Positions 6,829 to 16,125 of a stretch of 64,000 nt of DNA are shown in pieces. Source of the stretch: a virus. The stretch covers positions 256,001 to 320,000 of IMG/VR virus record IMGVR_UViG_3300031992_000005. One strand, given 5' to 3'. Numbering within the stretch: position 1 is the first letter of the stretch; each line of letters starts with the position of its first letter. The notes under the pieces were generated by a model. The model made no database searches. It worked only from the letters and a program-made list of their open reading frames with translations, and was not told where the DNA came from. Made by a program: the position numbers and the translations under genes.

Positions 6829-8115
6829 ATGGAAGTACGTGTGAGATGTTGTGGTGTTGGACCCCAGTCTTTCGCATCAGACGGTTCTCACATAAGTGAA
6901 GAGGTAGTTAGACAGTACTTAAACTCAGAAGACTATAGACTTTCTATTGACGGTAAGTTAACGATGGGTTATCTTACTCACAGGGGAAGATCGATCGAAT
7001 TCTTACCTAGCTCTATTGGTAATCCTGGAGTAAAAAAGGTAATTGGTAGAGATGATGCAGGTCTTTGTGTTGGTGAAAATCTTCCTACTTTTACACACTA
7101 TGTGAAAGAATTTTACATCGAAGATGTTCCGGGTCAAGGTCCTTGGCTTTGTGCATTGGTACATATTTTTGATGAGAAGGATGGGTTTGATCAAATTGCA
7201 ACAGAAAATATTAAGCGATTAAAAGCTCTTATTCGGAGTGGTGTTCGTCTTACCTGCTCATTAGTAGTTCTTGCTTTCTGGTCTTCTGAAAATGGTAATG
7301 GAGTAGATGAGTGTAAGAAGATTAAGGCAATTAAGAGTCTGGATTGGACTGTTAATCCTAGTTTTGGCCCATTAGCTCGTATTACCGAAGTCTATGACGA
7401 TGACCAACCTATGAAGGATGACCTTATTAAAACTTTTTCTGAGGTAGAGGGAGACAGTGATTTTATTAAGTCTCAGCCTAACAAGGAAGGTGAAATTAAG
7501 GTTAAGGTATACTCAGACCTAAGTAGTTTCGGAGATATGCCAAAAACTTCGAAGATTGGCGGTAGATTTACTGAATTAAAGGCAAAAGAATTTTCTAGTG
7601 TATGTACGATTACAGTAGATTCCTCTTCACCAGCAGTACAGAAAGAATTTACAGTTGCTACTATAAAAGAGCGTGTAAGATATGCTAAGTTTTCTCCAAG
7701 AATGAGATTTAGAAGATTATTCTTGGAATATAAGCAGTACGTTAAGCAATCGGGGGGTGCAGATAAGATCGATCCTGAGACGCTTAAAATTTTAAAGTCG
7801 CTCTTCTTATCTGATATTAATCAGATCTTCACGGGTCTTACTTCAGAAATTATTGCCGGAAAGCAGATTAATACACTCATTGGTGCAGCTTCTCTAGGTA
7901 AAGGTGTTAGACAGGCAGCTCAAAAATTACAGCTACCTTATAGAATGGCTTTCCAGGAGATGCAGAAAACTGGTAAAATTACTCCAATGAGATTTGAAAA
8001 GATTAAGACTGCTTATACAGAATTTTCTAAGGCAATGGTTGAGGAGGTATTTGGTGAGGGTCCTATCCCAGAAGGTTTGGAAGAAGAAATTAAAAATGAG
8101 GAGGGAAAACAATGA
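6829..8115 (+). CDS. Prohead serine protease (HK97/S78-like N-terminal domain) with C-terminal scaffold-like extension
   Basis: It sits between the terminase and the scaffold/capsid genes. The N-terminal ~190 aa follow the S78 pattern: candidate His in GYLTHRGRS, DDAGLCVGENL, and candidate Ser in IRSGVRLTCSLVVLAF. The C-terminal half is helical/charged with several K-x-F-S/T motifs. Confidence 0.45.
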   Translation: MEVRVRCCGVGPQSFASDGSHISEEVVRQYLNSEDYRLSIDGKLTMGYLTHRGRSIEFLPSSIGNPGVKKVIGRDDAGLCVGENLPTFTHYVKEFYIEDVPGQGPWLCALVHIFDEKDGFDQIATENIKRLKALIRSGVRLTCSLVVLAFWSSENGNGVDECKKIKAIKSLDWTVNPSFGPLARITEVYDDDQPMKDDLIKTFSEVEGDSDFIKSQPNKEGEIKVKVYSDLSSFGDMPKTSKIGGRFTELKAKEFSSVCTITVDSSSPAVQKEFTVATIKERVRYAKFSPRMRFRRLFLEYKQYVKQSGGADKIDPETLKILKSLFLSDINQIFTGLTSEIIAGKQINTLIGAASLGKGVRQAAQKLQLPYRMAFQEMQKTGKITPMRFEKIKTAYTEFSKAMVEEVFGEGPIPEGLEEEIKNEEGKQ

Positions 8116-8966
8116 AAAGATTAAAGATTTTCTCTAGTCCAGATCGCATTATTTTCCCTAGAAGGAAAATTTTCTCAGGAGATGCTCCAACAAATGAAGG
8201 TGGAATGGTATTAAGAGAACTGGTTTGTAGAGACTGTGGTACAGTTATTACCTCTTCTCAGCATCCAAGTCATGCGATTTGCCCTAATTGTGGAGGTACT
8301 CGCCTCGATATTAAGTTTTTATCACCAAGACAAGATACCGAAAGAGATCCACATAAAGAAGAGAATATTAAGCCAGAGGAGTATAGAAAGCCTATCTTTG
8401 GTGATGCAGAATATCAAAAGAGTCTTAGGGAATTCAGCGGAAAAACTATTCCAAAGTCTACTTTTGAAAAAAGATTTTCTGAAACACAGGCAGAGGGCTT
8501 AATAGAGAAGGGATTTGCTACGGTTGAGGGTGATTATGTAATTATTGATCCTATCAGCTATGAAGCAGAGAAGACATTCTCTAAATTGATTATATCAGTA
8601 ACTAAAACACTAGAGTTAGATCCTGATATAGTTAGCGGAAAGATTGATAGAAGTAGTGTGATCGATCATCTGGAGGAGGATCATAGACTGCCAGAGAAAG
8701 GAATTATGGTTATCAAGAAGGCTCATGGGCTACCACTTGAGAGTCATATGTTCTGCGAGGATTCTTGGGTAGAAGATTCTGGCATTATTCCAGATCTTGA
8801 ACTAGAATATAATAATCAAAGTTTTGGCGTAGATCAATTTCTATCGATCCTACATGACCGTTATCCAGATGCCCCAGAGAATATTTTAGATATTCTTATA
8901 AAAGAGGGTGTTGTTCGATTAGACGGTACTCAAGTAACAATTCAGAGTAATAGTATTAAAAACTAA
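8112..8966 (+). CDS. Zinc-ribbon protein of the head module
   Basis: ATGA overlap with the upstream gene. Contains CRDCG-x15-CPNCGG. The N-terminus has two leader-like copies (RLKIFSS, RRKIFSG). Confidence 0.55.
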   Translation: MKRLKIFSSPDRIIFPRRKIFSGDAPTNEGGMVLRELVCRDCGTVITSSQHPSHAICPNCGGTRLDIKFLSPRQDTERDPHKEENIKPEEYRKPIFGDAEYQKSLREFSGKTIPKSTFEKRFSETQAEGLIEKGFATVEGDYVIIDPISYEAEKTFSKLIISVTKTLELDPDIVSGKIDRSSVIDHLEEDHRLPEKGIMVIKKAHGLPLESHMFCEDSWVEDSGIIPDLELEYNNQSFGVDQFLSILHDRYPDAPENILDILIKEGVVRLDGTQVTIQSNSIKN

Positions 8967-8969
8967 AAT

Positions 8970-11759
8970 ATGAAAAATACTCGTTTTATGGAAGCTATGT
9001 TCTCCAATACTGATGAAGAACTAGCAAAGCAGGTAGATAGTGACATTAAGTCTGCTCAGGCAGGTAATGTTGTTGATACCGATGAAGTGAAATATGAAAG
9101 AACCGGAAATGGCAATGATGTTGCTATTACCGATAAGGCTAATGGTGAAGTAACTATTGCTCAAAAGAGTGCTGACGAAGCTGATACCTATGACCTCATC
9201 GCTGTTCCGGATGAACAACTGGAAAAGTATGTTCACCCGTCTTCTGATGGAGTTACTCCAGGTAATCAGGTTGGTGCTCCAGATGAGTATTTTAAGACTC
9301 ACCTTGATGGACGTTCTGTTATTTCTCCAAATCTTCCAGATGGAGGTTTAAATCCAGACGCCGGACACGAAAGAAGCGTGACCGAAGTAGATGATGAGCA
9401 TCAGGATGCTTGTCCTGCCTGTGGTCAGAGTCCTTGCGAATGTGAAGAAGAGGGTAGAGAGTTTTCAGTAACTTCCGACAATGATGCTTGGCAGAAGATT
9501 TTCTCCATGCCACAAGAATTCGTAGACTATCTCTTCAGTGAAGTTATCGAATCTGAGGAAACTTCTAAGGTAGGTGACCTGAAAGTAGAGAAGTTGGCTG
9601 ATGAAGATAATGCGGTTATCGTTACTAGCGAATCAACTGGTGATCAGGTTAAAGTTAAATTAGAAGGAGACGAAATGGAAGTTACAGAACTTAACAGTAA
9701 GAGTTTTAGCAACGATGAGCAATTCATGCCATTGTTTGTTATAGGCGTTCAGCCTTATGACCATATCATTGTAGATGCACAGGAATATGGTCAGGAAAGT
9801 GCAGAGGAATTAAAGGCACAGCTTGAAGAGGATGGTGTAGAGGCAGTTCAGATTTTTGATAATCAGGATGAAGCTCGTGAATATGCTATTAATCTTCTTA
9901 ATAATCTAGGTGCTAATCCGGCTGCAGGTGATGTAGATGAACCAGAACTACAGAAGGAATATAGTGAAGCAGTAGGTTCTACAGTTTATACTACATCATA
10001 TAGAACAGATGACAGTGTTTTAATGAGTCGTATGTTCTCTGAGGAAGCTCTCGGTGTAGCAGATACTCAGGACACTGTAGAAGACGCAATTAAGTCTGGT
10101 CAAGAGACCGATATGGATGGCGCAATCGTTATTCCAGTAGATGCTACTAATGCAATTATTCAGGATGGTGATGAATTTACTAAGGCTACTTTGAATGGTG
10201 AAGATATGATTCTTGAAAATATCGATCCAGAAGAAGCACAGGCTATTCTAGGCGATTCTGATATAATGGAATATGAGGCATACGATGATGACGAGGATGA
10301 TTACGACGATGAAGAAGAAAGGGATTATTCTGACATTTATACGGATGAGTATGGAACTAAGTTCTTCTCTGAATACGAAGACTTCACCGATTATATGGAA
10401 AGACTCTTCTCTGATGAATCTGACCAAGAGCATATTGAGGATGCTATTGAGAATGGTGAGGAAATCGAGAATGAAACTGAAATCATCACACCAGTTAGCG
10501 CAACCACTGCAGTAGTAGAGGATAAGGAAACTGGTGAGTTTACTAAGGCTGTTCTTGATGACGGTACTATTGATGTTCATCCAATCGATAAGGGTGAAGC
10601 AAATGAGTTAATCAAGGACATCAAGGTAGAGGATGAAGTTGATGACGACGAGGAAGACGAAAAGGAATACTCTGATATTTATACGGATGATACAGAAACT
10701 AGATTCTTCTCTGGAGATGAAGAGTTTACAGACTATATGGAAAGACTCTTTACAGGTGAATCTGATCAAGACGTTATCGAAAGTGCTATCGAAGGCGGTC
10801 AGCAGGTAGAAAATGAAGAAGAAATTATTACTCCTGTCGACAGAAAGACTGCTGTCGTAGAAGATAAGGGTAATGGCGAATTCTCTAAGGTAACTATTCT
10901 CAATGATGATCAAATTAATGTTCATCCAATATCTGAAGATGAAGCTGATGAACTTACTGGTGATCTAGTAGTAGACGATGAAGAGGAAGTTGAACCTGAG
11001 CAGGGTGAATTCTCTGATATTTACACAGATGAAACAGAAACTAGATTCTTCTCTGAATATGAAGACTTCACTGATTACATGGAAAGACTCTTTACTGGTG
11101 AAGCAGATGAGGAACTTATAGAGAATGCTATCGAAGATGGTCAGCAAGTAGAAAATGACGGTGAGGTAATCACCCCAGTTGACTCTAAGACTGCAATAGT
11201 AGAAGATAAGAAAACTGGTGAATTCACTAAGGCAATTCTCAGTGATGATGACATCGACGTAGAACCTATCTCTGAGGAAGAGGCTAATGAGCTCACTGAA
11301 GATCTTAAAGTAGAGAATACTAAGGAAGAAGATGATGAAAGAAAGTTCTCTGAGAACAATGAACTTCTCGCTAGATTCTTTGCAGATGCAGGTATTCAGC
11401 AAGCACAGCCACAACAGGCAGTAGCCGCTCAGCCAGTTGCTGCAGCTCCAGCAGAGCAGGCAGCTGTAGACCCTAATGCAGTTCCAGTAGACCCTAATGC
11501 AGTTCCAGCTGAAGAAGGTGCTCCTGCTCCAACAGTAGAAAACATTGAAGATAAGGCTCTCGCTGCAATTCAGAGCATTAAGGCTGCAGTAGAAGAGGGT
11601 GCTGCTCAGATTATGGAGGCTAAGGCTGCTCCAGCTCCAAATGCAGAACCACAGATTCAGGAAGCTCAGTTCTCTGATTTCGAGTACTATGACGACGATG
11701 ATGATCAAAGAACATTCAGTGAGAATGATACCTTAATCTCTTGGCTAGCTAATAAATAA
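8970..11759 (+). CDS. Highly acidic repeat protein, scaffold-like (function inferred from position)
   Basis: 929 aa, visibly D/E-rich, immediately upstream of the capsid gene. It has three 114-aa tandem units plus degenerate copies, a Cys knuckle CPACGQSPCEC, and an A/P/Q-rich C-terminal region. Confidence 0.45.
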   Translation: MKNTRFMEAMFSNTDEELAKQVDSDIKSAQAGNVVDTDEVKYERTGNGNDVAITDKANGEVTIAQKSADEADTYDLIAVPDEQLEKYVHPSSDGVTPGNQVGAPDEYFKTHLDGRSVISPNLPDGGLNPDAGHERSVTEVDDEHQDACPACGQSPCECEEEGREFSVTSDNDAWQKIFSMPQEFVDYLFSEVIESEETSKVGDLKVEKLADEDNAVIVTSESTGDQVKVKLEGDEMEVTELNSKSFSNDEQFMPLFVIGVQPYDHIIVDAQEYGQESAEELKAQLEEDGVEAVQIFDNQDEAREYAINLLNNLGANPAAGDVDEPELQKEYSEAVGSTVYTTSYRTDDSVLMSRMFSEEALGVADTQDTVEDAIKSGQETDMDGAIVIPVDATNAIIQDGDEFTKATLNGEDMILENIDPEEAQAILGDSDIMEYEAYDDDEDDYDDEEERDYSDIYTDEYGTKFFSEYEDFTDYMERLFSDESDQEHIEDAIENGEEIENETEIITPVSATTAVVEDKETGEFTKAVLDDGTIDVHPIDKGEANELIKDIKVEDEVDDDEEDEKEYSDIYTDDTETRFFSGDEEFTDYMERLFTGESDQDVIESAIEGGQQVENEEEIITPVDRKTAVVEDKGNGEFSKVTILNDDQINVHPISEDEADELTGDLVVDDEEEVEPEQGEFSDIYTDETETRFFSEYEDFTDYMERLFTGEADEELIENAIEDGQQVENDGEVITPVDSKTAIVEDKKTGEFTKAILSDDDIDVEPISEEEANELTEDLKVENTKEEDDERKFSENNELLARFFADAGIQQAQPQQAVAAQPVAAAPAEQAAVDPNAVPVDPNAVPAEEGAPAPTVENIEDKALAAIQSIKAAVEEGAAQIMEAKAAPAPNAEPQIQEAQFSDFEYYDDDDDQRTFSENDTLISWLANK
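10320..11345 (+). repeat. In-frame tandem repeat, 3 x 342 nt (114 aa), inside the acidic protein
   Basis: Units start at 10320, 10662 and 11004 (RDYSDIYTDEYGTKFFSEYEDFTDYMERLFS / KEYSDIYTDDTETRFFSGDEEFTDYMERLFT / GEFSDIYTDETETRFFSEYEDFTDYMERLFT). More degenerate copies lie upstream, around 9510-10260. Confidence 0.85.
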
Positions 11760-11787
11760 TAACTATTAAAATAATTAATATAATAAT

Positions 11788-13239
11788 ATGACTGATTTTT
11801 CGTATCTCATGAGTAATCCTGACATGCAGGTTGCTCTTAGAAATAGTTCAGTATCTGCAGAAGATGCTGCAATTCGTGGTAGAGAATATGCAAAGATGTT
11901 CTCTCGTAATGCGGAGATGTTGGATACTCTCGGTATGGGCCGTAATTCTAACCTCCTTCAGAAGACTTTCTCTGGCTATGCAGAGACTCCACTTCTTAGC
12001 ACTCAGTATTTTAATGCATCTGTTGCTTCTTATGTAAGCTCTTTTGCAGGTTACATGAGTATTGAACGTGACTTCGACCAGCCTAATGGCTTGTTCTATT
12101 GGTTCGATGTTCTTGGTGTAACAGACCTTCGTCCAGTTATTCCTAACCTCGGTCCAGATAACTATCAGGATATTCAGACTATGGGTTACTTCGAGCTTGA
12201 CAATCAGATCGAAGCTAGCGGTAGCTATGCTCCAATCGTTGGTCGTAAGTTGATCCCAGGTACAGTACGAGTTAAGATCGTTAACAATGATGATACTAAG
12301 TCTGAACTCGTAGATGACGGTCAGGGTCACTTCATGGCTGTTCCAGGCGTACTTGATGCTGCAACGGACGCTACAATCAACTATCTCAGTGGTAATATTA
12401 CCTTTAAGCTTGCAAACCCAGCAGTAAAATCTGTTAAGGTCGTAGGTAAGGAAGATGTAACTGGTACTCCTAGTTGCACAACTGGTACTGCAAGTACTCA
12501 TGCAAATGACAAGCGTTTCATCGCTAAGATGCAGCAGCTTGGTCTTAGCACAGTTCCTGATATGCTCGTAGCTGAATATAACATTGCAGCTCTCGGCGCA
12601 CTCAAGAAGGCAACTGGCTCTGATATGGCTACATTCTTGTTCACTAAGCTTCGCGAGATCTATACTAAAACTATCAACTATAAGCTGGTAACTACTCTTG
12701 AGAATGGTTATACCGGTAACACTATTGATGATCTTGATCTTTCTAATGGTCCTACTTCTGGTCTTGCTCAGAATTTCTACGATTATCGTTCTCGTGTAGA
12801 CCTCTTTGACTCTTTCTTGATCAACGTTGAGTCTGCACTCGCTACAAAGGCAGTTAAGGGCGTTAAGACCACTGCTTATGTTGCAGGTAATCGTGCAAGT
12901 AACCAGTTCCAGAAGGGTGGTATCATCGGTAAGTGGGAATCTAACACTAAGATGTCTTATATCAATGACCTCCTTGGCTGGTACAATGGTATTCCAGTAC
13001 TACGGAGTACAGATATTGCAGAGGAAGATGGCGAAGGTACATTCTACGCTATTCACAAGACTGCTGATGGTCAGATGGCTCCACTTGCACGTGGTATCTA
13101 TATGCCTTTGACTGATACTCCAACTATTGGTAACTACAACAACCCTACTCAGATGGCTGCTGGTATCTACTACCAGGAAGGTGTTCGAGTAATGGCTCCT
13201 GAACTTGTTCAGAAGGTTACATTCAAGGTTGGTTTCTAA
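11788..13239 (+). CDS. Major capsid protein (candidate)
   Basis: 483 aa, directly after the protease and scaffold-like genes. Codon choice looks biased toward CGT/CTT/GGT/C-ending codons relative to neighbours, suggesting high expression. A strong hairpin terminator lies downstream. No family-level motif was recognised by eye. Confidence 0.6.
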   Translation: MTDFSYLMSNPDMQVALRNSSVSAEDAAIRGREYAKMFSRNAEMLDTLGMGRNSNLLQKTFSGYAETPLLSTQYFNASVASYVSSFAGYMSIERDFDQPNGLFYWFDVLGVTDLRPVIPNLGPDNYQDIQTMGYFELDNQIEASGSYAPIVGRKLIPGTVRVKIVNNDDTKSELVDDGQGHFMAVPGVLDAATDATINYLSGNITFKLANPAVKSVKVVGKEDVTGTPSCTTGTASTHANDKRFIAKMQQLGLSTVPDMLVAEYNIAALGALKKATGSDMATFLFTKLREIYTKTINYKLVTTLENGYTGNTIDDLDLSNGPTSGLAQNFYDYRSRVDLFDSFLINVESALATKAVKGVKTTAYVAGNRASNQFQKGGIIGKWESNTKMSYINDLLGWYNGIPVLRSTDIAEEDGEGTFYAIHKTADGQMAPLARGIYMPLTDTPTIGNYNNPTQMAAGIYYQEGVRVMAPELVQKVTFKVGF

Positions 13240-13290
13240 TCCTAGGAATTAATTTCCCTTAAGTATTATATAGGATTAATATAATATAAA

Positions 13291-13340
13291 GGAGAGGAAT
13301 TCTTTTGGTTAATGCTGAAAGTTTTCCTCTCCACTTTTAA
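13291..13340 (+). terminator. Rho-independent terminator after the capsid gene
   Basis: GGAGAGGAA (13291-13299) pairs with TTCCTCTCC (13324-13332), 9 bp, followed by ACTTTTAATT. Confidence 0.6.
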
Positions 13341-13423
13341 TTGTAATATATAAATATTAGGTTATATAAGTGTCGAACTTAAATTAATTTAATTTTCTAA
13401 CTATTTAGAATAAATTTTTATTT

Positions 13424-14506
13424 ATGCCTAATGAGATAATATATAAAGGGCTTCGCTTAGTAACTGATTGTAAATATTTTCAAGTAAAAGAGGGAGCTAT
13501 TAATTCTATGATGGAGGACCCAGTTACCTCTACTTTGAAGATTACCTATTCTCCAGGGAATACAGCGAAATCCTTATCAAATTCCTTAGGCATACCAGTA
13601 GTAGGAAAGGGTGATCAACAAATGGAGTCAATGAGTACTCCATCTAGAATTAAGTACACCTATCTTACAATAAATGGACTGAAACTTAAGAAGATATCCT
13701 ATGGATCACATATATTCAATATGATTATCGTGGATGACTGTGAATCTAGGGTAGTTCAAAGTACAGGTTATACTACAATAGTAGTTTCAAAAGATGACTA
13801 TAAAAATCCAGAATTTATAAATTTTTTATTTTATTCTGGGAATCTCTTATATCTTAAGCCTGAGGGACAGAAAATTCAAGGTTACCAGATAAGGAATTTT
13901 CCAAAGATTTTAATAAAGGATTCTAATATAACAGTTGAATCCGAAAATATAAATATATATACTCTTCGGCGAAGATATAACGATTACTTAATAAGGGCAA
14001 TAGATTATCAAGACCAATTCCTATTGGAAATACGTAGAATTTTAGATGATTATGGCATAGAATTAGTTAGAACTAATAAAGAAACGACTCTATCTAAAAC
14101 ATCATATGTTACGTATCAATTAAATCAGACTCCAATAGAATATCAGCACCCGGGACGGAACGATTATATCAGACAGATATTACCTAGAAAATTACCTATA
14201 GAATTTTCATTACATTCGACTGACATGGTTTTATTTCATGATTTTAAAAATAAATTTATAAATGTAAATTTATTAACAAATTTTACAGAATTTAAAACTA
14301 TGGATAATGCAGGAGATAAATGGTCCGCAGCTATTAAGTGGGGGCAAATAACAGAAGATTTTAACCACGTTTATCAGCCGGATGATAATTCTAACTTTGC
14401 CTTACAATGTCAATTTAGGTGTGAATTATACTTCTACGAAGTATTAGATACGAGGCATGAGTTTCTAAAAGACATATTAACTAGAATAGAAGCTACTGAA
14501 AAATAG
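13424..14506 (+). CDS. Hypothetical protein (possible head/neck component)
   Basis: 360-aa intact ORF after the capsid terminator. No leader and no recognisable motif. Confidence 0.5.
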   Translation: MPNEIIYKGLRLVTDCKYFQVKEGAINSMMEDPVTSTLKITYSPGNTAKSLSNSLGIPVVGKGDQQMESMSTPSRIKYTYLTINGLKLKKISYGSHIFNMIIVDDCESRVVQSTGYTTIVVSKDDYKNPEFINFLFYSGNLLYLKPEGQKIQGYQIRNFPKILIKDSNITVESENINIYTLRRRYNDYLIRAIDYQDQFLLEIRRILDDYGIELVRTNKETTLSKTSYVTYQLNQTPIEYQHPGRNDYIRQILPRKLPIEFSLHSTDMVLFHDFKNKFINVNLLTNFTEFKTMDNAGDKWSAAIKWGQITEDFNHVYQPDDNSNFALQCQFRCELYFYEVLDTRHEFLKDILTRIEATEK

Positions 14507-14518
14507 ATCAAATGGGAT

Positions 14519-14905
14519 ATGATTACATTTAAGAGGAAAACATTTGAAACTGATATGATTCCGGAAGCTATTAAGCACCTAGAGTCTGAAAAGATAGATT
14601 TTAATGTTATTTCCCAAAAAGAAGCGGAAGCCGCTAGCAAAGTGAATGCTAAATCTATGGTTCTCATGTCTTTTGTTAAAACAGAGAAAGGATTTTACCA
14701 GATTACGGTTAAAGATAAGGAGTTTTATAATTACACTAAAAAACTCTTAAGTGATCCTAACTATTGTAGAATGAGAATCGTAGATGAAGACAAAAATAAG
14801 AGAACTGTTACTGTAGAAACAAATCACCTAGGCATAGTCCTAGATGTGATTGAGATCTTAGGTATCAAATACAATTTATCTATAGTAAAGAATGATAAAG
14901 TTTAG
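14519..14905 (+). CDS. Leader-tagged hypothetical protein
   Basis: N-terminus MITFKRKTFETD. Confidence 0.55.
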   Translation: MITFKRKTFETDMIPEAIKHLESEKIDFNVISQKEAEAASKVNAKSMVLMSFVKTEKGFYQITVKDKEFYNYTKKLLSDPNYCRMRIVDEDKNKRTVTVETNHLGIVLDVIEILGIKYNLSIVKNDKV

Positions 14906-15575
14906 ACAAAAGATCTTCTCTGAATATGATGCAATGAGAAGTCTTTATGTAGAAATTATGAAACGAACGAAGGGAGATAAAAAGAAATTTCCTGTTATAA
15001 CTACAAGCGAACTACCTGCTATTCTTAGAGGAAATAACGTAGTAGTCGAGCGTTTCGTAATTAGTACGTCCTTTTTTAATAAGGATAAGTATAGAATGTA
15101 TATTAAAATAGGGGCAAAAGCAAAATTACCTGATGAAGTGAGATTGCCTGGAGCATACTATGAAAAGAGGATAGCGAATACCAAGCTTAATCTAAATCCA
15201 GCAATAATGTATCCTAAACCTTTTGATGATCGACAACAAAGTCAACCGAACGGTAATGGTAACGGTAATGGTAACCAAAACAATCCAAGAAGACAAGGCC
15301 AAAGACAAAAGGAACAATCTGATGTTGGACCATTATTAGGAGGATTAGTTCAGAAGGAATTTGGTAAAGATAAAATTTTTCCTTATTTATCTGCTAATGT
15401 AGATCCTTATGTGGATTTATCTTATACAGTTCACAAACTCCTAGGAGAAGCAATTAAGTATGATAAGAAAGCAAGAACGTTGGTCCTTGAATTTGACTCT
15501 ATCTCAGATGCCATAGATGCCCTTAATGTCTTACCATTTGGAATAAATTACAATATTTATCTATTGAATGCATAA
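14892..15575 (+). CDS. Leader-tagged hypothetical protein with NG low-complexity tract
   Basis: N-terminus MIKFRQKIFSEY. Contains QPNGNGNGNGNQNNPRRQGQRQ, encoded by an AACGGT/AATGGT repeat near 15250-15276. Confidence 0.6.
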   Translation: MIKFRQKIFSEYDAMRSLYVEIMKRTKGDKKKFPVITTSELPAILRGNNVVVERFVISTSFFNKDKYRMYIKIGAKAKLPDEVRLPGAYYEKRIANTKLNLNPAIMYPKPFDDRQQSQPNGNGNGNGNQNNPRRQGQRQKEQSDVGPLLGGLVQKEFGKDKIFPYLSANVDPYVDLSYTVHKLLGEAIKYDKKARTLVLEFDSISDAIDALNVLPFGINYNIYLLNA

Positions 15576-15800
15576 ATGATCTTATTGCGAAATAGAAATT
15601 TCTCTGGAACTAATATATTAAACACTAGTGGTGTTACCGGATTTATTAGGGGAAGAAAGTATGACACTGACTTAGATAGATTAGGTAGGATGAATACATC
15701 TCACAGAGAGATGACTAGAGTAGGTGATTTATCCAGAGAAATGAGAGAAATGTCTTCTGAATTAAATAGGGGACTTAGACAGAAAGATTTAAGAGATTAA
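15576..15800 (+). CDS. Leader-tagged small arginine-rich protein
   Basis: N-terminus MILLRNRNFSGT. Confidence 0.5.
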   Translation: MILLRNRNFSGTNILNTSGVTGFIRGRKYDTDLDRLGRMNTSHREMTRVGDLSREMREMSSELNRGLRQKDLRD

Positions 15801-15804
15801 TAAT

Positions 15805-16107
15805 ATGGCAACATACAGACTAAAGAGAAAAACCTATGGAATAGCAGAAGCTGCTAGTAATACTCTAGGTGGTGTAGTAGGTGGTACCGGTAAAGCCCTA
15901 GACTCAACTCCTGCTGCAATGGCCGGTGGTTTAGCTGGAGGTCACTTTATTGGTGGAGCAATTACAAGTGGTCTTGCATCTACGGGAGTCCTTGGATCAG
16001 CCCTAGCCGGACCACTGGGATGGATAGTAGGTGCTGGTATTGGTGCAGCTGCTACAAGAGGACTTGGTAAAGGTCTTAAGAATGCTGCTAACGAACTACA
16101 ATCCTGA
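15805..16107 (+). CDS. Glycine-zipper protein with extended leader variant
   Basis: N-terminus MATYRLKRKTYGIA. Almost entirely GxxxG/A repeats (GGVVGGTG, GGLAGGHFIGGAITSGLASTG, GWIVGAGIGAAATRGLG). Confidence 0.6.
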   Translation: MATYRLKRKTYGIAEAASNTLGGVVGGTGKALDSTPAAMAGGLAGGHFIGGAITSGLASTGVLGSALAGPLGWIVGAGIGAAATRGLGKGLKNAANELQS

Positions 16108-16125
16108 TAAATAATAGGCAACGTA

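Noticed and set aside
13424-14506. I considered calling the portal protein among 13424..14506, 19003..21228 or 22667..24274.
   Set aside because: 19003..21228 matches sheath patterns, 22667..24274 carries the cargo leader, and 13424..14506 is short and has no portal-like features I can see. The portal is probably outside the window or unrecognisable by eye.
15247-15276. An AACGGT/AATGGT microsatellite-like tract.
   Set aside because: It is in frame and encodes an (NG)n low-complexity linker inside gene 14892..15575. I have no evidence of independent function.
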